Source: Micrococcales bacterium (GTDB lineage: Bacteria; Actinomycetota; Actinomycetes; Actinomycetales; Microbacteriaceae). Taken from it: DNA of 44,324 nt. The notes under the pieces were generated by a model. It saw nothing but the letters and a program-made list of their open reading frames with translations. It was not told where the DNA came from and ran no database searches. Position numbers and translations under genes: made by a program. This document shows, piece after piece, positions 28,825 through 39,371 of the stretch. Location: positions 1 through 44,324 of the forward strand of contig JBFYON010000035.1 in the NCBI GenBank assembly GCA_041303755.1, read 5' to 3'. The first letter of the stretch is position 1; each line of letters opens with the position of its first letter.

Positions 28825-30242
28825 TGAAAAAAATTGTGATTGTTGGAGCTGGACTAGGCGGGCTTACGGCAGCTGCTCTTCTAGCAAAGGCTGGTCACAG
28901 TGTCACTGTTCTTGAGAAGAATTCTTGGATCGGTGGAAAATCAAGACGTATTGAACTTTCAGGGCAAAGGATAGATACCGGGCCTTCACTGGTGACCTTT
29001 CCAGCTGTGCTCGATGAACTATTTAAGCGATACGACAATCTTGGGCGCGCATCAAATGCCAAGAAAACTGCTTCTCTTGATTTGCAACGACTTGACGAAG
29101 TTGGAAAGTATTTCTTTCGCGACGATGTTGTTAATCTCCCTGTTGAAGCAGGGCATCCTTGGCACGATGCGTGGACAAGATTTGATGCCGAACATGGCTC
29201 ACTGGGTCCAGAAATTGTGGCACTCCTCACCGCTGATCCATTTGCAGCAAAAACACTGCCAGCAGTAACTGCACTAACAAAAAATTATGGAATCAGGCTT
29301 TCAACCAGCAGTTATATCAAGAATCTAAAGTGGATGCCACAGGGCCTCAAAGAGGTAATTGCCATCCACACTCTCAATGCTGGTATTGCCCCAAAGAGAA
29401 CTCTTGCGCTTTATGCGACCATGCCCGCTGTTATGGCTCGCGATGGAATATTCGTTCCAAAGGGCGGTGTTTACGAAATTAGCTTGGCACTAGCCCGGCT
29501 TGCCTCAGAAGCGGGTGCAGTTTTTAGAACCGAGACAAACGTAAAGAGAATTTCCAAGGGTTTTGTTGAACTGGAAAATGAAACAATTTCCGCGGACTAC
29601 ATTATTGGCGCAGCTGACGCTCAGGTAATAGACAAATTGCTCGGAAAGAAAGCTAAGACTCCAAAGCGAGTTTCCTGCTCTGGAGTAGCTCTATTCACAG
29701 TCCTCAGCGAACCGCTTCCTGAGTCCACGGCAACGCATTCGGTGATTATGCCCAGCTCCCCTGACGATTTACATGATTCGCTGGACAGGAATCAAATTCC
29801 CAAAGAGACGATGGCTTTTCTGAACTATTACAAGCCGGGGAACATTTACCCAAATGACAAGGCTACGGCCGCGATATTATTGACGGCACCAGCAAACGGT
29901 AAACGTTTTGATATCGATAGCGAGTTTGTGCAATCAGAGTTAGCGCGAATTAGTCGACTGATGGGCTTTGAAAGAAACTTGGGCGAGTTGATAATCGATC
30001 ATAAGATTCTGGACCCAATGTATTTCGCAGAATTTGGCGCTTCCGGTGGCTCGCTATACGGTGCAACGAGACCTATTTGGCAAGGTGGGCCATTTCACAA
30101 ACCCGGCTACTCCTCCATCACCAAGCCCTGGCTCTGGCGAGTTGGAGCCTCCGTGCATCCTGGCGGTGGGATTCCGGCAGTTATCGGTGGTGCCATGAAT
30201 TCAGTTAATCGATTGCTTAGTTCAATTGGAGAATCCAAATGA
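28824..30242 (+). CDS. Phytoene/carotenoid desaturase family protein (CrtI/CrtD-like)
   Basis: GAGLGGL..A..LA..G..V.VLEKN FAD-binding motif, DTGPS and C-terminal VGASVHPGGGIPAV. Confidence 0.85.
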   Translation: MKKIVIVGAGLGGLTAAALLAKAGHSVTVLEKNSWIGGKSRRIELSGQRIDTGPSLVTFPAVLDELFKRYDNLGRASNAKKTASLDLQRLDEVGKYFFRDDVVNLPVEAGHPWHDAWTRFDAEHGSLGPEIVALLTADPFAAKTLPAVTALTKNYGIRLSTSSYIKNLKWMPQGLKEVIAIHTLNAGIAPKRTLALYATMPAVMARDGIFVPKGGVYEISLALARLASEAGAVFRTETNVKRISKGFVELENETISADYIIGAADAQVIDKLLGKKAKTPKRVSCSGVALFTVLSEPLPESTATHSVIMPSSPDDLHDSLDRNQIPKETMAFLNYYKPGNIYPNDKATAAILLTAPANGKRFDIDSEFVQSELARISRLMGFERNLGELIIDHKILDPMYFAEFGASGGSLYGATRPIWQGGPFHKPGYSSITKPWLWRVGASVHPGGGIPAVIGGAMNSVNRLLSSIGESK

Positions 30243-30649
30243 CCTACCTTCGAATTGCCGCCAGAATTCTGCTTGGCGCAGCGTTGATCTATGCCGGCAT
30301 TTCTCACCTGACCTTTGCTAGAACCGAATTTCAAGCACAGGTCCCACCTTGGCTACCCCTAGATGCAGATTTCACTGTTCTTGCTTCGGGTGTAGTTGAA
30401 ATCGCACTGGGGCTAGCCCTATGCAGCGTATTCAAGCGCGCACACATTATTGGCTGGATTGTGGCCGGCTTTTTTCTAGCAATCTTTCCTGGAAATATTT
30501 CCCAGTTTATGAATCAAGTCGATGCTTTCGGACTAAATACCAATGAAGCCCGTGCTATCAGGTTGGTCTTCCAACCGCTTCTAATTGTTTGGGCTCTATG
30601 GTCTACCAGCGCCTGGGAGAAGTTCAGAAAATCAAAAACAATCAAATAG
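30239..30649 (+). CDS. DoxX-like membrane protein
   Basis: AGISH, VPPWLP, SGVVEIALG, FPGNI and RL.FQP motifs. Confidence 0.8.
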   Translation: MTYLRIAARILLGAALIYAGISHLTFARTEFQAQVPPWLPLDADFTVLASGVVEIALGLALCSVFKRAHIIGWIVAGFFLAIFPGNISQFMNQVDAFGLNTNEARAIRLVFQPLLIVWALWSTSAWEKFRKSKTIK

Positions 30650-30652
30650 ACT

Positions 30653-31648
30653 ATGGAAACTATGAACGAAAATTCCTACTTCTGGTTTGAAGTTATTTCA
30701 ATGGTGGTCATCACCGGTATTTTGCTTGCTGATCTTTTGATCGTTTTCAAGCGTCCTCACATTCCAAGCACTAAGGAATCCTCGCTCTGGGTTGCGTTCT
30801 ACGCGGGTCTCGCGGTAATTTTTGGTCTTATCATCTGGCAGCTTTTTGGCGCCACAAAGGCCAGTGAATTTTTTGCAGGTTGGTTAACTGAATACAGCCT
30901 TAGTATCGACAACCTCTTTGTATTCGTGATCATCATGACTCGTTTTGCAGTACCAAAGAAGTACCAGCAAGAAGTTCTGATGGTCGGAGTTGTCTTAGCT
31001 CTAGTCCTTCGTGGCATCTTTATTGTGATTGGCGCAGCGCTTATCGAACAGTTCAGCTGGATTTTCTACTTGTTCGGCGCGTTCCTTCTTTACACTGCGT
31101 ACCACCAGGCCTTTAGAAGCCATGACGACGAAGAAGAGTCTGAAAGCAAACTAATTTCTATGTTGCGTAAGCGCATTCATGTTTCTGACGGATTCGATGG
31201 TGCCAAGATACGCACGGTCGTAAATGGCAAAAAAGTCTTCACCCCAATGATTGTTGTTTTTGCGGCTATCGCCTTGACTGACGTAATGTTTGCGTTTGAC
31301 TCAATCCCGGCAATTTTTGGTATTACGACTGATCCTTTTATCGTGTTTACCGCAAACGTATTTGCGCTGATGGGTCTTCGTCAGCTCTACTTCTTGCTTG
31401 GCGGACTATTAGACAAGCTCGAGTACCTCAAGTACGGAATTGCATTCATCTTGGGATTCATTGGTTTCAAATTGGTATCACACGCGATGCACGTGAACGA
31501 ATTGCCATTCATCAATGGCGGACAGCACATTGAGTGGGCGCCGGAGATCAGCAGCAATGTTTCGCTGATTGTAATCGTGCTTTCGATTGTGGTGTCAGCG
31601 GGTGCCAGCCTTTACTCGGCAAACAGGAAAGCTAAAAAAGCTAACTAA
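30653..31648 (+). CDS. TerC/Alx family metal homeostasis membrane protein
   Basis: TEYSLSIDNLFVF, DVMFAFDSIPAIFGIT and NVFALMGLRQLYFL motifs. Start may be ATG 30662. Confidence 0.92.
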   Translation: METMNENSYFWFEVISMVVITGILLADLLIVFKRPHIPSTKESSLWVAFYAGLAVIFGLIIWQLFGATKASEFFAGWLTEYSLSIDNLFVFVIIMTRFAVPKKYQQEVLMVGVVLALVLRGIFIVIGAALIEQFSWIFYLFGAFLLYTAYHQAFRSHDDEEESESKLISMLRKRIHVSDGFDGAKIRTVVNGKKVFTPMIVVFAAIALTDVMFAFDSIPAIFGITTDPFIVFTANVFALMGLRQLYFLLGGLLDKLEYLKYGIAFILGFIGFKLVSHAMHVNELPFINGGQHIEWAPEISSNVSLIVIVLSIVVSAGASLYSANRKAKKAN

Positions 31649-31657
31649 CGAAAGAAA

Positions 31658-32011
31658 CTAAGTTACTTTTCGTACGATGCTCGATTTCAAGTACATGGCC
31701 CCAAAGCCATCGACTTTTGCATCAATGTCGTGACCATCAACTGCCGCTATCAATCGAATATTCTTTACCTTCGTCCCAACTTTGACAGCAGCAGAACTTC
31801 CTTTGATTTTTAGGTCCTTGATGATGGTCACCGTGTCACCGTCGCTTAAGACGTTGCCAGCCGAATCCTTTACGGCCCTTATCTGAGTGTCTTCCGCCTC
31901 AGCGGCAGTAGGCTCCCATTCGTGGGCGCATTCAGGGCAGACAAGTTTGCTACCTAATTCGTAGGTGTATTCACAGCTGCAAATGGGGCAAATAGGTAGA
32001 TTTTCGCTCAT
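31658..32011 (-). CDS. Zinc-ribbon protein YjdM (PhnA family)
   Basis: CPIC..EYTYE...CPECAHEW, DGDTVTIIKDLKIKG and HDIDAKVDGFG motifs. Confidence 0.92.
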   Translation of the reverse strand: MSENLPICPICSCEYTYELGSKLVCPECAHEWEPTAAEAEDTQIRAVKDSAGNVLSDGDTVTIIKDLKIKGSSAAVKVGTKVKNIRLIAAVDGHDIDAKVDGFGAMYLKSSIVRKVT

Positions 32012-32121
32012 TTCTAAAGCCTACCCAGCCAATAACCTGCGAAAACACTGAGCGTTTAGCGACTTGGAATAGGGCCTGTTTCAGGGCCGTTAGCCTATAG
32101 GTATCCCTGAAAGAGGTTCAA

Positions 32122-35100
32122 TTGTTCCGTTTAACAAAACTCAGTGTTGCCAACCGCTCGGTGGTAGCCCTAATTACCGTAATCACCGCCATCTTTGGAT
32201 TCATTTCTCTTGGCTCCTTGAAGCAGGAACTAATTCCTTCTTTTGAAGTGCCACAGGCGGCAATCGTGACCGCTTACCCTGGTGCATCACCAGAGGTTGT
32301 GGACACACAGGTGAGTCAGGTCATCGAAGACGCAGTTAGGCAGATCGATGGGTTAATTAACTCCACATCAACCTCACAGAGCAACATTTCAATTGTCCGA
32401 GTCGAGTTTGAATACGGGACCACCACTGCAAAAGTTGCTGAAGACCTTGCCGCGACCATAGCCAAAATTAAGAGCTCGCTGCCGGCCGATGTTGAACCAA
32501 ATGTACTTTCAGGAAGTTTTGACTCGGTGCCTATTATTGCCCTGGGGATTTCTGCGAACGATGGCAATAATGCTGCAATCGCTCAAACGTTGAGCGACAT
32601 TGCTGTTCCACTGTTCTCGCAGGTAAAAGGTGTTAGAGATGTAAACGTCGCGGGAATCAAAGAAAAGCGCATCAATCTGAAATTGAAGACTGATGTCTTG
32701 GCTCGAAATGGGCTGTCTCAGCAATCAATTGTGAGCGCGCTTCAATCAAATGGCTTTGTAATTCCAGCAGGAACCATTAGTGATGACAAAGGTTCAATTT
32801 CAGTAGAGATTGGTACACCAGTTGAATCACTAAGTGACTTTAAGAAATTGGCACTTATTTCATCAAGCCCAATCGGCTCTGGCAGCGCTTCCGCTTTTGC
32901 CGGATTTGGTTCAGGAAGCTCGGCACCAAGTAGTTCCAATTCATCAGGGCAGCCTACAGGCGGACAAATCCCTGCCGGCACTCAGATTCCATCGGGAATC
33001 ACCATTCCCACAACTACTCCAACAGCAACTCCTACTGCGGCGCCGGTTAGACGAGCAACTTTGACAGTAGCTGACGTGGCAAAAGTAACTCTCGAAGACG
33101 CGCCTACCACCAGCATTGCTAGAACTAATGGAAAAGAAGCTCTCTCAATTTCCATCGTGAAGACACAAGACGGCAACACAGTGGCTGTCTCACACGGTAT
33201 TCAAGATAAGATTGCCGAGCTGAAAGACAAACTTGGCGATGTGACCGTGGTTACCGTTTTTGACCAGGCACCATTCGTAGAGAAGTCGCTCGAGAACCTA
33301 ACCACAGAAGGCATGTTGGGTCTTGGCTTTGCAATTTTGATAATTCTGGTTTTCTTGCTTTCTGTTCGATCAACACTGGTAACAGCAATCTCAATCCCTA
33401 CATCAGTGCTGATTACCTTTATCGGGCTTAGCCAGTTTGGTTACTCGCTGAACATTTTGACCCTGAGTGCGTTGACAATAGCAATTGGTCGTGTGGTTGA
33501 TGACTCGATTGTGGTGATTGAAAACATAAACCGTCACCTCTCATACGGTGAACCAAAGAAGCAGGCAATCCTGGACGCGGTTAAGGAAGTGGCAGGAGCA
33601 ATTACCGCTGCGACAATTACCACTATCGCGGTGTTCTTGCCTATTGCCCTGGTGAGTGGTCTCATTGGAGAAATCTTTAGACCGTTTGCATTCACATTTG
33701 CTATTGCACTTGCTGCTTCGCTCTTTGTGTCGCTGACAATCGTGCCAGTGCTTGCCTACTGGTTCCTCAAGAGTTCAGAACAGCCAGCTAATGCCAGCAA
33801 GGCTGCACTCTTGGCGTTTGCTGAAGAGGCAAGAAAAACTGAGGAAGAAAAGGAGCGCAAGAGCTGGTTGCAGCGCGGGTACCTCCCTATTCTGTCTTGG
33901 ACTCAGCGCAAACCTGTGATCACCATGATTGCGTCCTTCCTTATTCTTATTTTTACTTTTGGTTTAGTACCGTTACTAAAAACAGATTTCATTGGAAGCT
34001 CAGGCTCAAATGGATTTGTCATTAACCAAACTTTGGAACCGGGTGCAACGTTCAAACAAAAAGATCAGGCGGCAGCCAAACTTGAGGGTGTCCTACTTGA
34101 GGTTCCCGAAGTATCAGTTGTGCAGACATCAATTGGATCCTCTGGGGATAGCCGCGTAGCCTTTGGCGCTGCGGCCGGAGGAACATCTGTGCAAGTAACC
34201 CTTGAAGATGATTCAGACGCTGTTGCAATTCAAGCCCAACTGGAAGAAACCATTGCAAAGGACTCTTCGCTTGGCGAAGTAAAGTTCAGTTCTGGTGGTG
34301 GCCCAGGATTTGGATCATCAAGCACTATCGACATTAAGGTCATGGCTCCAAGTGACGAGAAACTTCTGGAGGCAATCACCGCGGTTCAGTCAGCTATGCA
34401 GGGCACCGCAGATGTGTCAGAGATCACTAATTCATTGGCCGAAAAGCAACGCACATTGCGAGTCACAGTAGATCGCAAGGCTGCTGCGGCTAAGGGCCTA
34501 ACTGAAACCGCAGTTGGCGGAATCGTAGCCTCTAAGCTTCGCCCGGGCAGTATCGGCAAGCTCAACATCGATAACGTTGAAACTGACATTTACGTAGTTC
34601 AAACTTCCGTTCCAGAGACCGTGAAGGATGTATCGGCAATTTCAATCCCTTCAGCAAGCGGTTCGGTCAAATTGAGCAGTATTGCAAAAATTGAGTTGGT
34701 TGAAGTTCCAGTCGCAATTGCCAGTGAAAAGGGAGACCGTACTGCAAAGGTTTCACTAACTCCTTCTGGTGATAACCTCGGTGCAATTTCAGCAGAGGTT
34801 ACTGAGCGCCTAGCTGGTGTCACCTTGCCGCTCGGAACAACCGCAACACTTGGAGGTATTAGCGCCGATCAAGCTGAATCATTCGGTCAATTAGGACTTG
34901 CCTTATTGGCAGCGGTTGCGATTGTTTTCATTGTTATGGTTGCAACCTTCTCAAGTTTGATTCAGCCACTTATTTTATTGATTTCAATTCCATTTGCTGC
35001 AACCGGAGCTCTTGGCTTGCTGCTGATTACCGACACTCCACTGGGTGTTCCATCGCTGATTGGTATGTTGCTATTGGTTGGAATCGTTGTTACTAACGCG

Positions 35101-35460
35101 ATTGTTTTGATTGACCTCATTAATCAATACCGCAAGCAGGGTCGCCCTATGCAGGAAGCAATCATGGACGGTGCACGACAGCGCCTTCGTCCAATCCTGA
35201 TGACAGCCCTGGCAACAATCTTTGCCCTTACCCCAATGGCGTTAGGAGTTACCGGAGGCGGTGGCTTTATTTCACAGCCATTGGCAGTTGTCGTAATAGG
35301 TGGTCTGTTCTCATCAACAGTTTTGACACTGGTTATCGTGCCTGTTCTTTATTGGTTGGTAGAGGGCCGCAAAGAGCGCAAAGTGTTGCGTAAAGCTAAG
35401 CGATCAACCGCCACAAAAAAATCATCAGCTAAGCCACGTAAAAAGCCTGCTAAGCGCTAG
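32122..35460 (+). CDS. RND efflux transporter permease (AcrB/AcrD/AcrF family)
   Basis: YPGASPE, GRVVDDSIVVIENI, GIVVTNAIVL and RLRPILMT motifs; 1112 aa. Confidence 0.94.
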   Translation: MFRLTKLSVANRSVVALITVITAIFGFISLGSLKQELIPSFEVPQAAIVTAYPGASPEVVDTQVSQVIEDAVRQIDGLINSTSTSQSNISIVRVEFEYGTTTAKVAEDLAATIAKIKSSLPADVEPNVLSGSFDSVPIIALGISANDGNNAAIAQTLSDIAVPLFSQVKGVRDVNVAGIKEKRINLKLKTDVLARNGLSQQSIVSALQSNGFVIPAGTISDDKGSISVEIGTPVESLSDFKKLALISSSPIGSGSASAFAGFGSGSSAPSSSNSSGQPTGGQIPAGTQIPSGITIPTTTPTATPTAAPVRRATLTVADVAKVTLEDAPTTSIARTNGKEALSISIVKTQDGNTVAVSHGIQDKIAELKDKLGDVTVVTVFDQAPFVEKSLENLTTEGMLGLGFAILIILVFLLSVRSTLVTAISIPTSVLITFIGLSQFGYSLNILTLSALTIAIGRVVDDSIVVIENINRHLSYGEPKKQAILDAVKEVAGAITAATITTIAVFLPIALVSGLIGEIFRPFAFTFAIALAASLFVSLTIVPVLAYWFLKSSEQPANASKAALLAFAEEARKTEEEKERKSWLQRGYLPILSWTQRKPVITMIASFLILIFTFGLVPLLKTDFIGSSGSNGFVINQTLEPGATFKQKDQAAAKLEGVLLEVPEVSVVQTSIGSSGDSRVAFGAAAGGTSVQVTLEDDSDAVAIQAQLEETIAKDSSLGEVKFSSGGGPGFGSSSTIDIKVMAPSDEKLLEAITAVQSAMQGTADVSEITNSLAEKQRTLRVTVDRKAAAAKGLTETAVGGIVASKLRPGSIGKLNIDNVETDIYVVQTSVPETVKDVSAISIPSASGSVKLSSIAKIELVEVPVAIASEKGDRTAKVSLTPSGDNLGAISAEVTERLAGVTLPLGTTATLGGISADQAESFGQLGLALLAAVAIVFIVMVATFSSLIQPLILLISIPFAATGALGLLLITDTPLGVPSLIGMLLLVGIVVTNAIVLIDLINQYRKQGRPMQEAIMDGARQRLRPILMTALATIFALTPMALGVTGGGGFISQPLAVVVIGGLFSSTVLTLVIVPVLYWLVEGRKERKVLRKAKRSTATKKSSAKPRKKPAKR

Positions 35461-35477
35461 CCCGCAGGTTTAGAATT

Positions 35478-35517
35478 GGGAGGTCCAAGGCCAACGTCTT
35501 GGACCTCCCCTATTTTT
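35478..35517 (+). terminator. Intrinsic terminator after the RND gene
   Basis: 12-bp stem GGGAGGTCCAAG/CTTGGACCTCCC followed by CTATTTTT. Confidence 0.75.
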
Positions 35518-35522
35518 GGATT

Positions 35523-36131
35523 GTGATCGAAATTTCAGAAAATCTTGTCTGGATAGACTGCGAAATGACTGGCCTGAACCCGGAGACCGATTGCTTGGTT
35601 GAGGTGGCAGTGGTAATCACTAATTCCGAACTTGAAATACTTGATGAGGGTCTGGACGTGGTAATAAAGCCAAGGCCAGAATCGTGGGCAAACATGAGTG
35701 ATTTCGTGCGTAACATGCACACAGAGTCAGGCCTCATTGACGAAGTAGACCGCGGCCTAAGTCTTGAAGATGCAGAGCGCACGATTTTGGAGTACATCAA
35801 GAAATTCGTGCCCAACGAAAAAGAGGCTCCCCTAGCTGGAAACACCATTGGTACCGACCGCATGTTTCTAAATAAATACATGCCGCAACTTGACCAACAT
35901 CTTCATTACCGAAACATCGATGTTTCATCAATCAAAGAGCTAACCAGACGTTGGTACCCTAGGGTCTATTTTCAACTGCCCAAGAAAGATGGGGGTCACC
36001 GTGCCCTGGCAGACATCCTTGAGTCAATCCAAGAACTCCGCTATTACCGGCAGACTGTAATGGTTCCCGTTCCGGGGCCAACTACAGAGCAGGCCAAGAC
36101 TGCTGCTCAAAATCTTGCGGGCACCAACTAG
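35523..36131 (+). CDS. orn: Oligoribonuclease
   Basis: LVWIDCEMTGL, MHTESGL, LAGNTIGTDR, LHYRNIDVSSIKEL and HRALADI. Start set at GTG 35523, after the terminator. Confidence 0.95.
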   Translation: MIEISENLVWIDCEMTGLNPETDCLVEVAVVITNSELEILDEGLDVVIKPRPESWANMSDFVRNMHTESGLIDEVDRGLSLEDAERTILEYIKKFVPNEKEAPLAGNTIGTDRMFLNKYMPQLDQHLHYRNIDVSSIKELTRRWYPRVYFQLPKKDGGHRALADILESIQELRYYRQTVMVPVPGPTTEQAKTAAQNLAGTN

Positions 36132-36180
36132 CCCCATCCTGATAGACTTATTTGGTTGTTGTGCCGAGCACAACACACTT

Positions 36181-36257
36181 GGTGGGTATAGCTCAGCTGG
36201 TAGAGCACCTGGTTGTGGTCCAGGGGGTCGCGGGTTCAAGCCCCGTTACTCACCCCA
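36181..36257 (+). tRNA. tRNA-His(GUG), including G-1
   Basis: G-GTGGGTATAGCTCAGCTGGTAGAGCACCTGGTT-GTG-GTCCAGG...GGTTCAAGCCCCGTTACTCAC-C-CCA. Confidence 0.97.
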
Positions 36258-36266
36258 AAAAATAGC

Positions 36267-36303
36267 AAAACAACCCCGGGAGTTAATCCCGGGGTTGTTT
36301 TTT
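36267..36303. terminator. Bidirectional terminator between tRNA-His and gatB
   Basis: 15-bp inverted repeat AAAACAACCCCGGGA-gttaa-TCCCGGGGTTGTTTT with A and T tails. Confidence 0.85.
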
Positions 36304-36361
36304 GGGGTTCAGTATCTACTAAACAATTGCCAAGGCAATTGATCTACCCAAATAATGCTGC

Positions 36362-37864
36362 TTACTTATTTGCCATTTCAATTAGCAATTCACGAACTCG
36401 CCCGGCATCGGCCGATCCTTTCATTGCCTGCATGACGGCACCAATCACTGCGCCGGCTGCTTGCATGCGACCCTCGCGAATTGCATCAATAACGTCTGGT
36501 TGTTTTGCAAGCGCTGCCTCGATAGCTGCAATCAAGGCGCCATCATCGGAAACTACTTCAAGGCCACGCTTATTGACTACCTCAGCTGGGCTGCCCTCGC
36601 CATCTAACACGTACGTTAGAACTTCACGAGCTAGCCGGTCATTGATTTTTCCGGCCTCAACTAGTGCGGCAAGCTCGGCCACATAGGCGCCAGAAATCTC
36701 GAGATCGATCACATCTTTATCTTGGCTGTTTGCAATTCTGGCAAGTTCACCGGTCCACCACTTACGGGCAGCCTGAGGCTTTGCTCCTGCAGCAACGGTT
36801 TCCTCGATTTGATCCATTAATCCTGCGTTGACAACATCGCGGAATTCAAGATCGGCGAATCCCCATTCAGCCTGAACGCGCTTTCTGCGTTCAGCTGGCT
36901 TTTCAGGAAGCACTGCACGCAACTCTTCAATCCACTCTTTCGAAGGCTGAACCGGCACCAAATCTGGTTCTGGGAAGTAGCGGTAGTCGTCGGCATCTGA
37001 CTTAGGGCGACCCGATGAGGTTGCGCCCTTGTCTTCATGCCAGTGGCGAGTTTCCTGAATAATTGCAGTGCCTTTGGCAAGCAAGGCTGCCTGCCGTTGA
37101 ATTTCGTAGCGAACAGCGCGCTCAATAGAGCGAAGCGAGTTTACGTTCTTGGTCTCGGTACGAGTTCCTAACTTCTCTTGCCCGTGTGGTCTAAGTGAAA
37201 CGTTCGCATCGCAGCGCACATTACCGCGCTCCATCTTGGCGTCAGAAACACCAAGCGCCTTTACAATTTCACGAATAGAACGCACGTATGCAGCCGCCAG
37301 CTCTGGGGCTTCTGCACCCGCGCCATAAACCGGCTTAGTCACGATCTCAACCAGCGGAACACCTGCACGGTTGTAATCCACCAAAGAATATTCCGCGCCC
37401 TGAATGCGACCGGTGGAACCACCAACATGCGTCAGTTTTCCGGCATCTTCTTCCATGTGAGCGCGCTCAATTTGAACGGTGAAAGATTTACCCGATGGCA
37501 CCTCAACATCCAACGAACCTTCAAATGCAATCGGTTCGTCATATTGTGAGGTCTGAAAGTTCTTTGCCAAATCCGGGTAGAAGTAATTTTTGCGAGCAAA
37601 ACGGCCATTAGGAGCAATTTGGCAGTCAAGAGCCAAGCCAATCTTGATGCTTGACTCAACCGCCCGCTTGTTTACAGCCGGAAGTGATCCTGGCAAACCA
37701 ATACAGATTGGGCAGACATTGGTGTTTGGCTGATCACCAAATTCGTTTCTACAGCCACAGAACATTTTGGTGTTTGTGTTTAGTTCAACGTGAACTTCTA
37801 GACCAATCACAACTTCAAATTGCTCGAGTGCTTTCTCGTAGTTCATCAATTCGTCTTTAGCCAT
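36362..37864 (-). CDS. gatB: Asp/Glu-tRNA amidotransferase subunit B
   Basis: [39 protein letters not shown] and YRYFPEPDL motifs. Confidence 0.97.
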   Translation of the reverse strand: MAKDELMNYEKALEQFEVVIGLEVHVELNTNTKMFCGCRNEFGDQPNTNVCPICIGLPGSLPAVNKRAVESSIKIGLALDCQIAPNGRFARKNYFYPDLAKNFQTSQYDEPIAFEGSLDVEVPSGKSFTVQIERAHMEEDAGKLTHVGGSTGRIQGAEYSLVDYNRAGVPLVEIVTKPVYGAGAEAPELAAAYVRSIREIVKALGVSDAKMERGNVRCDANVSLRPHGQEKLGTRTETKNVNSLRSIERAVRYEIQRQAALLAKGTAIIQETRHWHEDKGATSSGRPKSDADDYRYFPEPDLVPVQPSKEWIEELRAVLPEKPAERRKRVQAEWGFADLEFRDVVNAGLMDQIEETVAAGAKPQAARKWWTGELARIANSQDKDVIDLEISGAYVAELAALVEAGKINDRLAREVLTYVLDGEGSPAEVVNKRGLEVVSDDGALIAAIEAALAKQPDVIDAIREGRMQAAGAVIGAVMQAMKGSADAGRVRELLIEMANK

Positions 37865-39366
37865 TACTTGCTCACCTCCAATTCAGGTGCAAAGTCAATC
37901 ATTCGTTTTCCCCAGATTTCTTCGTGCATCTTTTCAAGGGCTGCACCAACCTGATACAAGCGAGCATCTCCGCGTGCAGGGGCTAGCAACTGGATACCCG
38001 AAGGCATGTTGTTTTCCGCAATTCCGTTTGGAATAGACATACCTGGAATACCGGCAAGATTTGCAGGAATGGTAGCGATGTCATTTAGATACATGGCTAG
38101 TGGGTCTTCTAGCTTTTCACCAAACTTGAAGGCCGTTGCTGGTGCGGTAGGTGACACAAGAACATCAGCCTTTGCAAATGCGGCTTCAAAGTCACGCTGA
38201 ATTAGTGTGCGAACTTTTTGTGCAGCACCATAGTAGGCATCGTAGTAACCGCTTGAGAGAGCGTATGTGCCCAAAATAATTCGACGCTTGACCTCAGGAC
38301 CAAAACCTGCTTCTCGAGTTGCCGCCATCACGCGCTCGATAGTCGGGGCGCCGTCAGGGGTCACTCGCAAGCCAAAACGTACTGAGTCAAATTTAGCCAG
38401 GTTTGAAGAGGCTTCGGCCGGCAAAATTAGGTAGTAAGCCGCAATTGCATATTCAAAACTTGGGCATGACACCTCAACAATTTCTGCTCCGGCATTTTTC
38501 AAGAGTTCAAGACTCTCATTGAAACGTGCCGACACCTCAGGCTGAAATCCTTCACCGTTGAGTTGCTTGATTACGCCAATTCGCATGCCCTTGACATCAA
38601 GCTTCTTAGCAGCCTGTGTCATTGAACCTAGCGATTCAGGAAGTGAAGTGCTGTCGTGTGGATCGTGCCCTGCGATGACATCATGCAGCAGCGCTGTATC
38701 AAGTACATTTCTGGCCACCGGCCCAATCTGATCTAGCGAGCTAGCTAGCGCGACCAAACCGTATCTAGAGACCGCCCCGTAGGTTGGCTTTGTTCCAACT
38801 GTTCCGGTAACAAAGGCTGGGTATCTAATAGATCCGCCCGTGTCCGAACCAATCGCCAGCGGAGCCTGGAAGGATGCCACCGCGGAACTTGATCCTCCGC
38901 CTGAGCCACCTGGGATTCGTTCAAGATCCCAAGGGTTCTTGCTTGGTCCGTATGCCGAGAATTCAGTGGATGACCCCATGGCAAACTCATCCAGGTTGGT
39001 CTTGCCAAGAATTGGCATTCCGGCGGCACGAAGTTTCTGCACGACAGTTGCGTCGTACTGAGGAATCCAGCCCTCAAGAATTTTTGACCCCGATGTCGTC
39101 GGCGCATCGGTGGTGGTTAGGTTGTCTTTAACAGCGATAGGCAACCCGGCAAGTTCGTGCAGCTTTTCGCCAGCTGCGCGACGGCGGTCAACATCGGCGG
39201 CGGCGGCAAGTGCAGCCTCTGGGCCAACGTGCAAATAGCTGTGTACCTGACCATCTACCTGAGCCGTGCGATCCAAGTGAGCCTGTGTCAACTCAACCGA
39301 AGAAATTTCACCCTTGGTAAGCAGGTCCGCGAGCTCGGTCGCGTTTTTTCTAATCAGTTCTGACAT
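37864..39366 (-). CDS. gatA: Asp/Glu-tRNA amidotransferase subunit A
   Basis: Amidase signature [21 protein letters not shown] and GSDTGGSIR. Confidence 0.97.
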   Translation of the reverse strand: MSELIRKNATELADLLTKGEISSVELTQAHLDRTAQVDGQVHSYLHVGPEAALAAAADVDRRRAAGEKLHELAGLPIAVKDNLTTTDAPTTSGSKILEGWIPQYDATVVQKLRAAGMPILGKTNLDEFAMGSSTEFSAYGPSKNPWDLERIPGGSGGGSSSAVASFQAPLAIGSDTGGSIRYPAFVTGTVGTKPTYGAVSRYGLVALASSLDQIGPVARNVLDTALLHDVIAGHDPHDSTSLPESLGSMTQAAKKLDVKGMRIGVIKQLNGEGFQPEVSARFNESLELLKNAGAEIVEVSCPSFEYAIAAYYLILPAEASSNLAKFDSVRFGLRVTPDGAPTIERVMAATREAGFGPEVKRRIILGTYALSSGYYDAYYGAAQKVRTLIQRDFEAAFAKADVLVSPTAPATAFKFGEKLEDPLAMYLNDIATIPANLAGIPGMSIPNGIAENNMPSGIQLLAPARGDARLYQVGAALEKMHEEIWGKRMIDFAPELEVSK

Positions 39367-39371
39367 TCGGC

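Noticed and set aside
30600-30662. yybP-ykoY manganese riboswitch expected upstream of a TerC/Alx gene
   Set aside because: Only 3 nt separate the genes; I see a TAGACT -10-like hexamer but no aptamer.
36024-36686. ORFs spanning tRNA-His and antisense to gatB, ORFs over tRNA-Arg, and the many 60-130 aa antisense or alternate-frame ORFs
   Set aside because: They are shadows of confidently identified genes or tRNAs, with no recognisable motifs.
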